IMG/VR virus record: IMGVR_UViG_3300009159_000086
Span: 1-55,442 of that record
Length of the DNA stretch: 55,442 bases
Reading direction: 5' to 3' (one strand)
DNA from: a virus
Lineage: Duplodnaviria > Caudoviricetes
A model generated the notes under the pieces. It was not told the origin of the DNA. It worked only from the letters and a program-made list of their open reading frames with translations, and made no database searches. The stretch's first letter is position 1, and each line of letters begins with the position of its first letter. Positions 18,156 to 25,980 of the stretch are shown here, piece after piece. A program made the position numbers and the translations under genes.

Positions 18156-19368
18156 TTGGCTTAAAAAGCAAACGTTCGTTCATCACGATACGGACACGCT
18201 TCGCAGAACCATACTTGATGAGCTGAGTAGATTCCGCGAGATATCGACGGAAGAGTATGTGCTGTGGCAAAAGTGGGAAGAAGTCAACAACATTTATCCT
18301 ATGCACAAGAGTGTTCTGTTTGATGAATATGCCTATGTCAATTCACAGGATGCGATTCTGATTCCTCAAGTCAAGTCGATGATGTGGGACGGAACAGACT
18401 ACGAGTCTATTGACCCCGAGCTAATCTATATCGGTGATAAAGAAAATCAAGATATCAAGGAGCACTGGGCGGTGCTGCGTATTATGATTCACACGCAGCA
18501 GCACTCTGGTTCTGTGGGTCGAGGAATGAGTTTCCTAGTGCGCGACAAGACCACCAAGAAATATCTAGGTGTGGTTGCTATCGCTAGTGATTTCCTCGAC
18601 CTTGCTCCGCGTGATAATGTGATTGGTTGGACACGCGAGCAGCGCACGAACGAGCAACGTATCAAGCACACGGCAGTCTGTTCGACTATTGTTCCTGTTC
18701 AACCGTTCGGCTACAATTTCGTAGGAGGCAAGCTGCTTGCGCTTCTGTGTCTATCAGACGTGGTCCAGGACAAATGGAAAGAGCTATATGGGTCGCGCCT
18801 CGCGGGAGTGACCACGACCTCGCTATACGGTAAGGACAAAGGTGGACACGGGATGTCACAATACGACAATCTCAAGCACTGGAAAAAAATGGGATACTCC
18901 ACAGGAAAATCTCCCTATCGCATGTCCATCGCTACTCGCAAGATGGCATATGAGTGGATGCACGCAACTCACCCTGAAACATATTTCCAATATATGATCG
19001 AGGAAAAGACGAAGGGTCGTCAAGGAGTACGCGACCGACTCAACCGATTGCAGCTAAAAATCTATAGCGCTCTGAAGATCAGCCTCAAGCTTGCGACTAG
19101 CAACCACGATCGAGGAATCTACTACTCGTCTCTTTTCACCAACTCCAGCGAGTTCCTTCGTGACGAAATTCCTGAGAGCGCTCTGGTTCCAGCTTTCTCG
19201 TCAGACGTCGGCTACCTCACAGGCGTATGGAAAAAGTATGCGGCGAAACGCATAGCCAACCTAAGCGCCAGCGGACGGGTGAGCGCCGAACCCCTATATT
19301 ATGACGATATGGGACGCTTGGACTGGGCAGAGGCTAGGGAAAAGTATCTGAAAAACGTAGGAAGGTAA
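18112..19368 (+). CDS. DUF4338 / Druantia DruA-like protein
   Basis: VQPFGYNFVGGKLLALL, GVTTTSLYG...SQY, MGYSTG, RDNVIGW match recalled DruA-family motifs. Confidence 0.65.
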   Translation: MMNILGNQQSTPYSDWLKKQTFVHHDTDTLRRTILDELSRFREISTEEYVLWQKWEEVNNIYPMHKSVLFDEYAYVNSQDAILIPQVKSMMWDGTDYESIDPELIYIGDKENQDIKEHWAVLRIMIHTQQHSGSVGRGMSFLVRDKTTKKYLGVVAIASDFLDLAPRDNVIGWTREQRTNEQRIKHTAVCSTIVPVQPFGYNFVGGKLLALLCLSDVVQDKWKELYGSRLAGVTTTSLYGKDKGGHGMSQYDNLKHWKKMGYSTGKSPYRMSIATRKMAYEWMHATHPETYFQYMIEEKTKGRQGVRDRLNRLQLKIYSALKISLKLATSNHDRGIYYSSLFTNSSEFLRDEIPESALVPAFSSDVGYLTGVWKKYAAKRIANLSASGRVSAEPLYYDDMGRLDWAEAREKYLKNVGR

Positions 19369-19383
19369 CAGACTGTGTTACAA

Positions 19384-19410
19384 AAAAAGCGCCCCTTTTG
19401 GGCGCTTTTT
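19384..19410. terminator. Bidirectional rho-independent terminator
   Basis: AAAAAGCGCCC-CTTTT-GGGCGCTTTTT. Confidence 0.85.
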
Positions 19411-19423
19411 GCATTTTAGGGCC

Positions 19424-19452
19424 TTGACAATCGGCTAATACGGGTATAGAAT
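19424..19452 (+). promoter_or_regulatory. Early sigma70-type promoter
   Basis: TTGACA-N17-TAGAAT. Confidence 0.85.
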
Positions 19453-19480
19453 GGCCATAGTGATTCAAAGGAGCTAGCTC

Positions 19481-19642
19481 ATGGCCACTACCGTTAAGCC
19501 CACCAACGTCAACTTGAACGCTGCTATTGCGGCGTACCTCGCCAACGCGACCGTGACTATTGCGCCTGCCGCCGTAGCTCAGGGTCTGCGGAAGACGAAA
19601 TATATCGCTCGGGTGACGAAAAAGGTCGCCAAAGGGGCTTGA
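19481..19642 (+). CDS. Small basic early protein (53 aa, not in ORF track)
   Basis: MATTVKPTNVNLNAAIAAYLANATVTIAPAAVAQGLRKTKYIARVTKKVAKGA; SD AAGGAG at 19469-19474; own promoter. Confidence 0.75.
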   Translation: MATTVKPTNVNLNAAIAAYLANATVTIAPAAVAQGLRKTKYIARVTKKVAKGA

Positions 19643-19667
19643 CAATTAGCCCTAACAGCGGTAGAAT
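19639..19667 (+). promoter_or_regulatory. Early sigma70-type promoter
   Basis: TTGACA-N17-TAGAAT, spacer similar to the 19424 promoter. Confidence 0.85.
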
Positions 19668-19700
19668 AGGGTATGATAACCCTTTAACCCAGGAGCCCAA

Positions 19701-19913
19701 ATGTCTCTAGTAACCCCTCTAGTAGCCCAGTTCCTCACCCGCTACCCCGCCACCGACGGCTACACCCTCATTTGCGTATGTGAGGAAATCAACCGTCGCA
19801 CCCAAGCGGCCGTTGGAGTCGACGGGATTCTGACTCAAGCTCTGCTTTTAGACAACGCCGGGGAATACCTCGCCCGAGTCTGTGAGCGTTTCCAGAACCA
19901 GAAAGGTCAATAA
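19701..19913 (+). CDS. Hypothetical early protein
   Basis: 70 aa; SD AGGAG. Confidence 0.7.
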   Translation: MSLVTPLVAQFLTRYPATDGYTLICVCEEINRRTQAAVGVDGILTQALLLDNAGEYLARVCERFQNQKGQ

Positions 19914-19914
19914 T

Positions 19915-20166
19915 ATGCTTCGTCCAGGATTCGTCAAGGTCATGCTCAACGACCGCCCTTTTCAGGTTCCAGCCGAACACGCCAAGAAATTCATCAAGAA
20001 GGACCAGCTCGTCCGCGAAGCGGTAAGCCTCCAAATGCTTCTCAAGAGCGGCGCTGACCTTGGCGGTCATCGTGCTACTCTTCAGGACCGACTTAGCCAG
20101 CTTTCAGGCAAGATCATTCGCCTGAACCGTCGTATCCCGCCTTGCGCCTTTTCTCTGGAGAACTGA
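19915..20166 (+). CDS. Hypothetical early protein
   Basis: ATG 19915 after AAGGT; basic 83 aa. Confidence 0.6.
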   Translation: MLRPGFVKVMLNDRPFQVPAEHAKKFIKKDQLVREAVSLQMLLKSGADLGGHRATLQDRLSQLSGKIIRLNRRIPPCAFSLEN

Positions 20167-20168
20167 AA

Positions 20169-20384
20169 ATGACTAACTCTTGGCACATCGAAGGAGCCCG
20201 TGTCGAAGGTCGCTATATGGGTGACTATCCGTTCACCGGCACAGTAGTCGAAAGCCGCGTCTGCTACGGCGGCGAGGTAAAGCACACCGTCGAGCTCGAC
20301 GAGCCGATTTTCGTGTTCGGTGCGAAGCGTGAGCTTATCATGGTGTTCAACGACCAAATCAATCTCATTCTGGAGAACGCATAA
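20169..20384 (+). CDS. Hypothetical early protein (SH3-like beta barrel suspected)
   Basis: G.RVEGRYMGDYPFTGTVVESRV.YGG.VKHTV.LD; SD GGAG. Confidence 0.65.
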   Translation: MTNSWHIEGARVEGRYMGDYPFTGTVVESRVCYGGEVKHTVELDEPIFVFGAKRELIMVFNDQINLILENA

Positions 20385-20548
20385 TGAAAGATAATATGGA
20401 AGTCGTCAAGATTCTTGGCGCAATGGCTATGCAGCTGATATGCCTTATCGCTGGCATCACGTGCATTGGGCTCGGTACAAACGCCTATGTTGCCGTTGGC
20501 GTGCTGTGTTTGCTCCTATATAATAACATGGCGAAAGATCCGTCTTGA
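20384..20548 (+). CDS. Small two-TM membrane protein (54 aa, not in ORF track)
   Basis: MKDNMEVVKILGAMAMQLICLIAGITCIGLGTNAYVAVGVLCLLLYNNMAKDPS; GGAG SD and TAATG coupling. Confidence 0.65.
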   Translation: MKDNMEVVKILGAMAMQLICLIAGITCIGLGTNAYVAVGVLCLLLYNNMAKDPS

Positions 20549-20573
20549 CAACCGACGCAGCGCCTGGTATCAT
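20545..20573 (+). promoter_or_regulatory. Early sigma70-type promoter
   Basis: TTGACA-N17-TATCAT with TG extension. Confidence 0.8.
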
Positions 20574-20598
20574 TAGTAAATGATAAAGGAGATTTCAT

Positions 20599-22920
20599 AT
20601 GGCTGACGTTAAGCTCGTAACGCCTGGTGGCGCGCTCGACAAGCTGGCTAAGTTGCTGGCTGCTGAGAATATCATGGTCGAGCATAAGCCTATCAAGACC
20701 GCATATTTCGATGTGAAGAATCGTGTGCTGGCGCTTCCTATGTGGAAAGAGATGACCGAGACTCTGTATCACATGCTCGTCCTACATGAGGTCGGTCACG
20801 CGCTCGAGACTCCTCCTGATGGTTGGAAAGGCGCTATCGACAAGGTCGCAGAAGAAAGCGAGTCTAAGCGAGCCGGTCGTACGTTCCAGGGCTACCTCAA
20901 TATCGTTGAGGACGCTCGTATCGAACGCAAGATCAAGGCGAAATTTCCCGGCTCGCGTCGCGATTTCATCGAGGGCTATGACTGGTTGCATCAGCAGGAT
21001 TTCTTTAACGTCAAGAACGACGATATCGAAGACCTTGCGCTCATTGATCGTATCAACCTCTACTTCAAGCTTGGTACTCGTATGCGTATCAAGTTCACTG
21101 AGGAAGAGCGCGAGTTCGTGCGCCGCGCCGAGCAGACTATCACTTTCGATGATGCGGTTAAGCTCGCAGAAGATCTGCTCGCTTATGCCAAACTGAAGAA
21201 AGAAAAAGACGACGAAGATATGCGCGACGTATCCACTCGTAAAGATGACAGCGAGGATGGTGAAGGCGACGAGTCTGACGATTTCGATGATGACTCTGAT
21301 GATTCCGAAGACGGTGAGCCAGGCGATGAAGGCGCTGACTCCGATGAGTCTGAGGAAGAAGACGAGGAAGGCGACAACGAAGACGGCAGTTCATCTGGGA
21401 AAGAAGGCGGCAACTCTACGCCGCTCGACGGTCCAGCAGAAGCTAAGACTGATAAAGCTATGAACGATCGCATGGAAGAGTTGCTTGATGCTTCTCTTTC
21501 TGGGCGCGAGTTCAAGTATCTGTATTATCCCAAGGACTTGACCCACGAAGAGTTCGTTGTGGGCTATAAGCAGCTTCTTAAGCTTATCGACCGTGATTTC
21601 GCTCAGGCAGTTAAGCCTGCGGTTCTTGTGTCGTATCGTACGCATCTGCTGAACAAGTTCCGCGTCGAGAACAGCTCCGCCATTAACTATATGGTGAAGG
21701 AGTTCGAGATGAAGAAAGCTGCTAAGGCGTATAGCCGCACGAAGCAGAGCAAGACCGGCACTATCGACACGAACAAGATTCACTCGTATAAGTTCAACGA
21801 TGATGTGTTCCGTCGTCTCAATATCGTACCTGATGGCAAGAATCATGGTCTGGTTGTTATCCTCGATATGTCTGGCTCGATGCAGTCCAACTATCGTGGT
21901 GCTATGGATCAGCTGATCTGCCTGACTATGTTCTGTCGTCGTGTCGGTATTCCTCACCGTATCTATGGCTTTACTAGTACGATGTCGGAAACTGCTGGCT
22001 TTAATCTGTACGATCGTAACACGACTAAGAATAACTTGCGTGCGCGTATCGCAAATCGTCTCCAGAAAGACTTCGTATGCCCAGACAACGAGTTTGACCT
22101 CGTCGAGTTGTTCAATGAGGGAATGAACCTCAAGGATTTCAACACGATGGTTGGCACGTTGCTTGTGACTGCTTCTCGCTACGTCTACAATGACGGAGAC
22201 GATTTTCCTTCTAGGAATGGCTACGATAGTCCGTATCGTTTGCTGAGCGGTCTGCTCCGCCCTGGCTATGATATGGGATATTTCAAGCTTGGAGGTACGC
22301 CGCTCAACGATGCTATCCTCGTGTCTCGTGATCTGCTTAAGAAATTCCGTAAGGAAAAGAATATTCAGATTATGAACTTTGTATGCATCACCGATGGTGA
22401 GAGTAACTGTCCTCAGTATTACAAGATGGAAAGGGGAGGTATCTATCACTCGCCTGTTAACTCATACGCTGGCAATAGGACCAACGTGACTCGTATCTTC
22501 ATCGACGAGGAATCCAAGATGCAGACTACGATCAACTTCCCTGATCAAAGCGATATCACCGGAATGTATGCGCGTATCGTGCGTCAGTCACAAGACGCCA
22601 CGTTCGTAGGGTTCTATATCATTGGTGGTGCGTACGATTTGCGCCATGTCGCTTATCGCTACGTCAAGGGCGCTGCTGAAAACGACAAGATGCAGTCGCA
22701 ATTCAAGAAGGAAAAAGCGGCTGTTGTGCCCAAGATGTTGAACTTCGATGAGTTCTACCTTATCCAGGGAGGCAAGAATCTCCAAGCACAACAAGCCAAG
22801 TTTGATGCGGCTCAAGACCTCAAGAAAGGTCAGCTTGCTCGGGCGTTTATCTCCGCCCAAAACAAGCGTGGAGCTTCTCGTGCGGTATTAGGTCGTTTCA
22901 TCGAAAAGATCGCTGTCTGA
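20599..22920 (+). CDS. CobT-like protein: HExxH metallopeptidase-like domain, acidic linker, vWA domain
   Basis: LHEVGHAL, NIVEDARIE, D/E-rich linker, MIDAS DMSGSM, GGTPL, ITDGE. Confidence 0.85.
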   Translation: MADVKLVTPGGALDKLAKLLAAENIMVEHKPIKTAYFDVKNRVLALPMWKEMTETLYHMLVLHEVGHALETPPDGWKGAIDKVAEESESKRAGRTFQGYLNIVEDARIERKIKAKFPGSRRDFIEGYDWLHQQDFFNVKNDDIEDLALIDRINLYFKLGTRMRIKFTEEEREFVRRAEQTITFDDAVKLAEDLLAYAKLKKEKDDEDMRDVSTRKDDSEDGEGDESDDFDDDSDDSEDGEPGDEGADSDESEEEDEEGDNEDGSSSGKEGGNSTPLDGPAEAKTDKAMNDRMEELLDASLSGREFKYLYYPKDLTHEEFVVGYKQLLKLIDRDFAQAVKPAVLVSYRTHLLNKFRVENSSAINYMVKEFEMKKAAKAYSRTKQSKTGTIDTNKIHSYKFNDDVFRRLNIVPDGKNHGLVVILDMSGSMQSNYRGAMDQLICLTMFCRRVGIPHRIYGFTSTMSETAGFNLYDRNTTKNNLRARIANRLQKDFVCPDNEFDLVELFNEGMNLKDFNTMVGTLLVTASRYVYNDGDDFPSRNGYDSPYRLLSGLLRPGYDMGYFKLGGTPLNDAILVSRDLLKKFRKEKNIQIMNFVCITDGESNCPQYYKMERGGIYHSPVNSYAGNRTNVTRIFIDEESKMQTTINFPDQSDITGMYARIVRQSQDATFVGFYIIGGAYDLRHVAYRYVKGAAENDKMQSQFKKEKAAVVPKMLNFDEFYLIQGGKNLQAQQAKFDAAQDLKKGQLARAFISAQNKRGASRAVLGRFIEKIAV

Positions 22921-22944
22921 CAAGAATTGGCGGGGAAAACGCTC

Positions 22945-22973
22945 TTGACATTTCCCCGCCAAACCTATATACT
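22945..22973 (+). promoter_or_regulatory. sigma70-type promoter embedded in an inverted repeat
   Basis: TTGACA-N17-TATACT; 12-bp IR arms at 22927-22938 and 22951-22962. Confidence 0.8.
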
Positions 22974-22979
22974 ATGCTA

Positions 22980-23159
22980 ATGATAGGAAAGGGGAAAGGC
23001 ATGTTCAAGGTATCGTATACGCTCAAGCGCGAAGACAAACTGCTCATTGATGAGGCAGCCACGTTTCGTTACATGAGAGACGCTTTCGAATTCATGCGCC
23101 AGCTCTTGACGCTCAATGGGCTTGTTGGCAAGCCGATCATTGAAAGAATTCGCTCTTGA
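22980..23159 (+). CDS. Hypothetical protein
   Basis: Start at 22980 (leaderless) or 23001; ends LVGKPIIERIRS. Confidence 0.6.
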   Translation: MIGKGKGMFKVSYTLKREDKLLIDEAATFRYMRDAFEFMRQLLTLNGLVGKPIIERIRS

Positions 23160-23184
23160 CAACTACCGCTCAACGTGGTATTAT
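23156..23184 (+). promoter_or_regulatory. sigma70-type promoter
   Basis: TTGACA-N17-TATTAT with TG extension. Confidence 0.75.
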
Positions 23185-23213
23185 AAGTTATATGATGATG
23201 AAAGGTGAATCGA

Positions 23214-24428
23214 ATGTTGAAGGCTAATCAGTCCAAGTTCCTCGAAGCCGCTACTGTCCGCTTCGGCGATCAGGCAGTTGTTGCTGCGCGCGACCTGTCC
23301 GATTTCGCTAAAGCTAACAAGTTTTCCAATGCCGATCATGGCTGGATTTTCAAGGCGGAGTATCGTGCTGGTCGTGCGCTCTATAAGCTTCCCGCCAATG
23401 AAACTGCTACTGCTGCTCCTGCTCCTGTTGCTCAGGAAATTTCTATGGTTGCTATGGCTGCTGATATTGTGCCGATTCGTAAAGATACTCTTGTGACCAA
23501 GACGTTCAATCCCAACGCCGTTTCCGAGCATGAGTATGCTAAGGTTCCTGGCAAAGACAAGAACTATGTGCCTTTCGGCGAGTTCAAGATGATTGAAAAG
23601 ATCATTGCATCTGGCAAGTTCTTTCCCGTGTTCATTTCTGGTCACTCTGGTAACGGCAAGACGTTCATGGTCGAGCAAGCTTGCTCTAAGGCTAAGCGTG
23701 CGATGATTCGTGTCCAGATGTCTCGCGAGACTGACGAAGACGATTTGATTGGCGGTTTCCGCCTCGTCGAAGGCGAAACGAAGTTCATGAAGGGTCCGGT
23801 GCTTCGTGCTATGGAACTCGGTGCGCTTCTGCTGATTGACGAAGCCGATCGCGCTGATCCAGGCAAGGCTATGTGTCTTCAGGGTATCCTCGAAGGCAAG
23901 CCTTACTACATGAAGAAAACTGGCGAAATCGTTACGCCTGCCGATGGTTTCAATATCATGGTCACCGCCAACACGAAGGGTCGTGGTTCTGACGACGGAC
24001 GTTATGTCGCTGCTACTATGCTTGACGATGCATGGCTCGAGCGTTTTCCCATCACCATCGAGCAGGAGTATCCTACTCCCGTTGTTGAGAAAAAGATCTT
24101 GACAAACTATCTCAATGACGGTACAATGACTGAAGATGATAAGTCATTCGTTGAGCACCTGACTGTCTGGTCAGATATCATTCGCAAGACTTTCACCGAG
24201 GGCGCTATCGACGAGTTGATTTCTACTCGCCGTCTTGTCCATATCGCACAGACGTTCCGCATGATCGGCGACCGCCAGAAAGCTATTCGCCTGTGCATTA
24301 ACCGTTTCGACGAAGAGACCAAGACTGCTTTCTTGGACCTCTATACCAAGGTTGATCCTACGATCAATCCCGTCACCGAAACTCCTGCAGCCACCACTGC
24401 GGAGAATTCTCAGGAAATCGCTTTCTGA
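23214..24428 (+). CDS. MoxR/CobS-like AAA+ ATPase
   Basis: GHSGNGKT, ETDEDDLIGG, LLIDE, TANTKGRG, ERF, STRRLVHI. Confidence 0.92.
   Translation: MLKANQSKFLEAATVRFGDQAVVAARDLSDFAKANKFSNADHGWIFKAEYRAGRALYKLPANETATAAPAPVAQEISMVAMAADIVPIRKDTLVTKTFNPNAVSEHEYAKVPGKDKNYVPFGEFKMIEKIIASGKFFPVFISGHSGNGKTFMVEQACSKAKRAMIRVQMSRETDEDDLIGGFRLVEGETKFMKGPVLRAMELGALLLIDEADRADPGKAMCLQGILEGKPYYMKKTGEIVTPADGFNIMVTANTKGRGSDDGRYVAATMLDDAWLERFPITIEQEYPTPVVEKKILTNYLNDGTMTEDDKSFVEHLTVWSDIIRKTFTEGAIDELISTRRLVHIAQTFRMIGDRQKAIRLCINRFDEETKTAFLDLYTKVDPTINPVTETPAATTAENSQEIAF
24099..24127 (+). promoter_or_regulatory. sigma70-type promoter inside the AAA+ gene
   Basis: TTGACA-N17-TACAAT. Confidence 0.55.
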
Positions 24429-24466
24429 GACTATAATCTAACCTAACTGAAACTGGAGTATATAAT

Positions 24467-24733
24467 ATGACTAAGACTGATTCGCTTCTCGCTGCTCTCC
24501 GTAATGGTGAGGAACTTTCTGTTGCTCAGATCCGTCATCGCTTTGGCGCTGGCAATCCTCATGAGGTTGTCCGTTCGCTTCGCGAGCAGGGTCATGCGAT
24601 TTATCTCAATGAGCGCAAGAACTCAAAGGGTGAGACCGTTTCTAAGTATCGTCTTGGTAAGCCTTCGCGCAAGATGGTTGCTGCTGCTTATGCCATTCTC
24701 GGTGGTGCAGTATTCGACAGCCGCGCTGCTTGA
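24467..24733 (+). CDS. Small winged-HTH-like protein
   Basis: LLAALRNGEELSVAQIRHRFG..NP...VRSLREQGHAIY...KYRLG. Confidence 0.6.
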   Translation: MTKTDSLLAALRNGEELSVAQIRHRFGAGNPHEVVRSLREQGHAIYLNERKNSKGETVSKYRLGKPSRKMVAAAYAILGGAVFDSRAA

Positions 24734-24743
24734 TACTATATAA

Positions 24744-24774
24744 GGGAGGGGAAGTGATTCCCCTCCTATCTTTT
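24744..24774 (+). terminator. Rho-independent terminator
   Basis: GGAGGGGAA-GTGA-TTCCCCTCC then TATCTTTT. Confidence 0.7.
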
Positions 24775-24789
24775 CAATGGAGTTTATAA

Positions 24790-25029
24790 TTGGCTACTGA
24801 TAATCGTGAGCCTTGGGAGCATCTCAAGGGTATTTCTGTCACTGTTCGCAATAATGATGTGAACGGTGCTTTGCGCATTTTGAAAAAGAAAGTTCAGCGT
24901 GAGAACCTTATGCGGGATCTTGCTGAACGTGAACATTACACTAAGCCTTCTATCAAGCGTCGACTCAAGCATCAGCAAGCCGTCATTCGCTGGAAAAAAA
25001 AGCAGGCTGAAACAGCTGAAATGCTCTAA
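24790..25029 (+). CDS. rpsU: Phage-encoded ribosomal protein bS21
   Basis: V.VRNNDVNGALRILKKKVQRENLMRDL.EREHY.KPS.KRR; TTG start after GGAG. Confidence 0.9.
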   Translation: MATDNREPWEHLKGISVTVRNNDVNGALRILKKKVQRENLMRDLAEREHYTKPSIKRRLKHQQAVIRWKKKQAETAEML

Positions 25030-25068
25030 CGTGAGCATATATAATAACATAATCACTTTGGAGTAATA

Positions 25069-25932
25069 ATGTCAACATTTGAAGTTTCGGTATCTATTGA
25101 AGAACTAAGAAAGCGCAAAATCTTTATCGCTACACCAATGTACGGAGGAGTTTGTGGTGGTCAGTATTGCAAATCTACTGCTGATTTGTCTTCTATGGCA
25201 GCTCAGTATGGGATGGATGTTAGGTTCTTTTACTTATTCAATGAATCACTAATCACTCGTGCGCGAAATTACCTCGTGGACGAATTTTTGCGTTCTGATT
25301 GCACGCATCTCATGTTCATCGACTCGGACATTGGGTTCGACCCTAATGACGTTATCGCGCTTTCTGTTATCGCAGCCGAAGGCACTGATAAGGAAATCGT
25401 ATGCGGCCCATATCCTAAGAAGTGTATCGCTTGGGAAAAGATCGTACGCGCAGTCGATAAGGGTTTCGCCGACAAGAATCCTGAGAATCTTGAGAAGTAC
25501 GTTGGCGACTACGTCTTCAATCCCAAGGAAGGCACTGGGTCTATCCCACTCGACGAGCCAGTAGAAGTGCTGGAAGGTGGAACAGGCTTTATGATGATTC
25601 AGCGCAGCGCATTCGAAAAGTTCCAGGCTGCGTATCCTCAATATATGTATCTTCCCGATCATGTTCGTACTGAACATTTCGATGGCACTCGTGAAATCCT
25701 TATGGCCTTCCAGGCTGAAGTTGATCCCAAGTCCAAGCGTTATCTTTCTGAGGACTATTGGTTCTGCCAGAAGATGTGGGATATCAACGTGAAAACTTGG
25801 TTGTGTCCTTGGATGAAGTTGCAGCATACTGGTGCGTATGTGTTCGGCGGTTCGTTGATTGACTTGGCTCAAATTGGCGCTGGTGCTACTGCTGACGAGT
25901 CATCTATGCCACGCAAGATCGGTAAGAAGTGA
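25069..25932 (+). CDS. GT-A fold glycosyltransferase-like protein
   Basis: IATPMYGG, ESLITRARN, FIDSDI (DxD), GTGFMMI, YLSEDYWFC. Confidence 0.7.
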   Translation: MSTFEVSVSIEELRKRKIFIATPMYGGVCGGQYCKSTADLSSMAAQYGMDVRFFYLFNESLITRARNYLVDEFLRSDCTHLMFIDSDIGFDPNDVIALSVIAAEGTDKEIVCGPYPKKCIAWEKIVRAVDKGFADKNPENLEKYVGDYVFNPKEGTGSIPLDEPVEVLEGGTGFMMIQRSAFEKFQAAYPQYMYLPDHVRTEHFDGTREILMAFQAEVDPKSKRYLSEDYWFCQKMWDINVKTWLCPWMKLQHTGAYVFGGSLIDLAQIGAGATADESSMPRKIGKK

Positions 25933-25933
25933 C

Positions 25934-25962
25934 TTGACGATCTCCCTAAACTATGATACTAT
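25934..25962 (+). promoter_or_regulatory. sigma70-type promoter of g45
   Basis: TTGACG-N17-TACTAT with TG extension. Confidence 0.7.
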
Positions 25963-25980
25963 TGAATGATAGGAGTAAAC

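Noticed and set aside
21391-22449. 352-aa minus-strand ORF
   Set aside because: Shadow of the vWA gene explained by codon bias; no SD, promoter or motif. The same applies to the other minus-strand and nested ORFs in the track.
20599-24428. True cobaltochelatase CobST auxiliary B12 pathway
   Set aside because: No cobN or other cob genes; phage MoxR/vWA pairs are generic chaperone-like modules.
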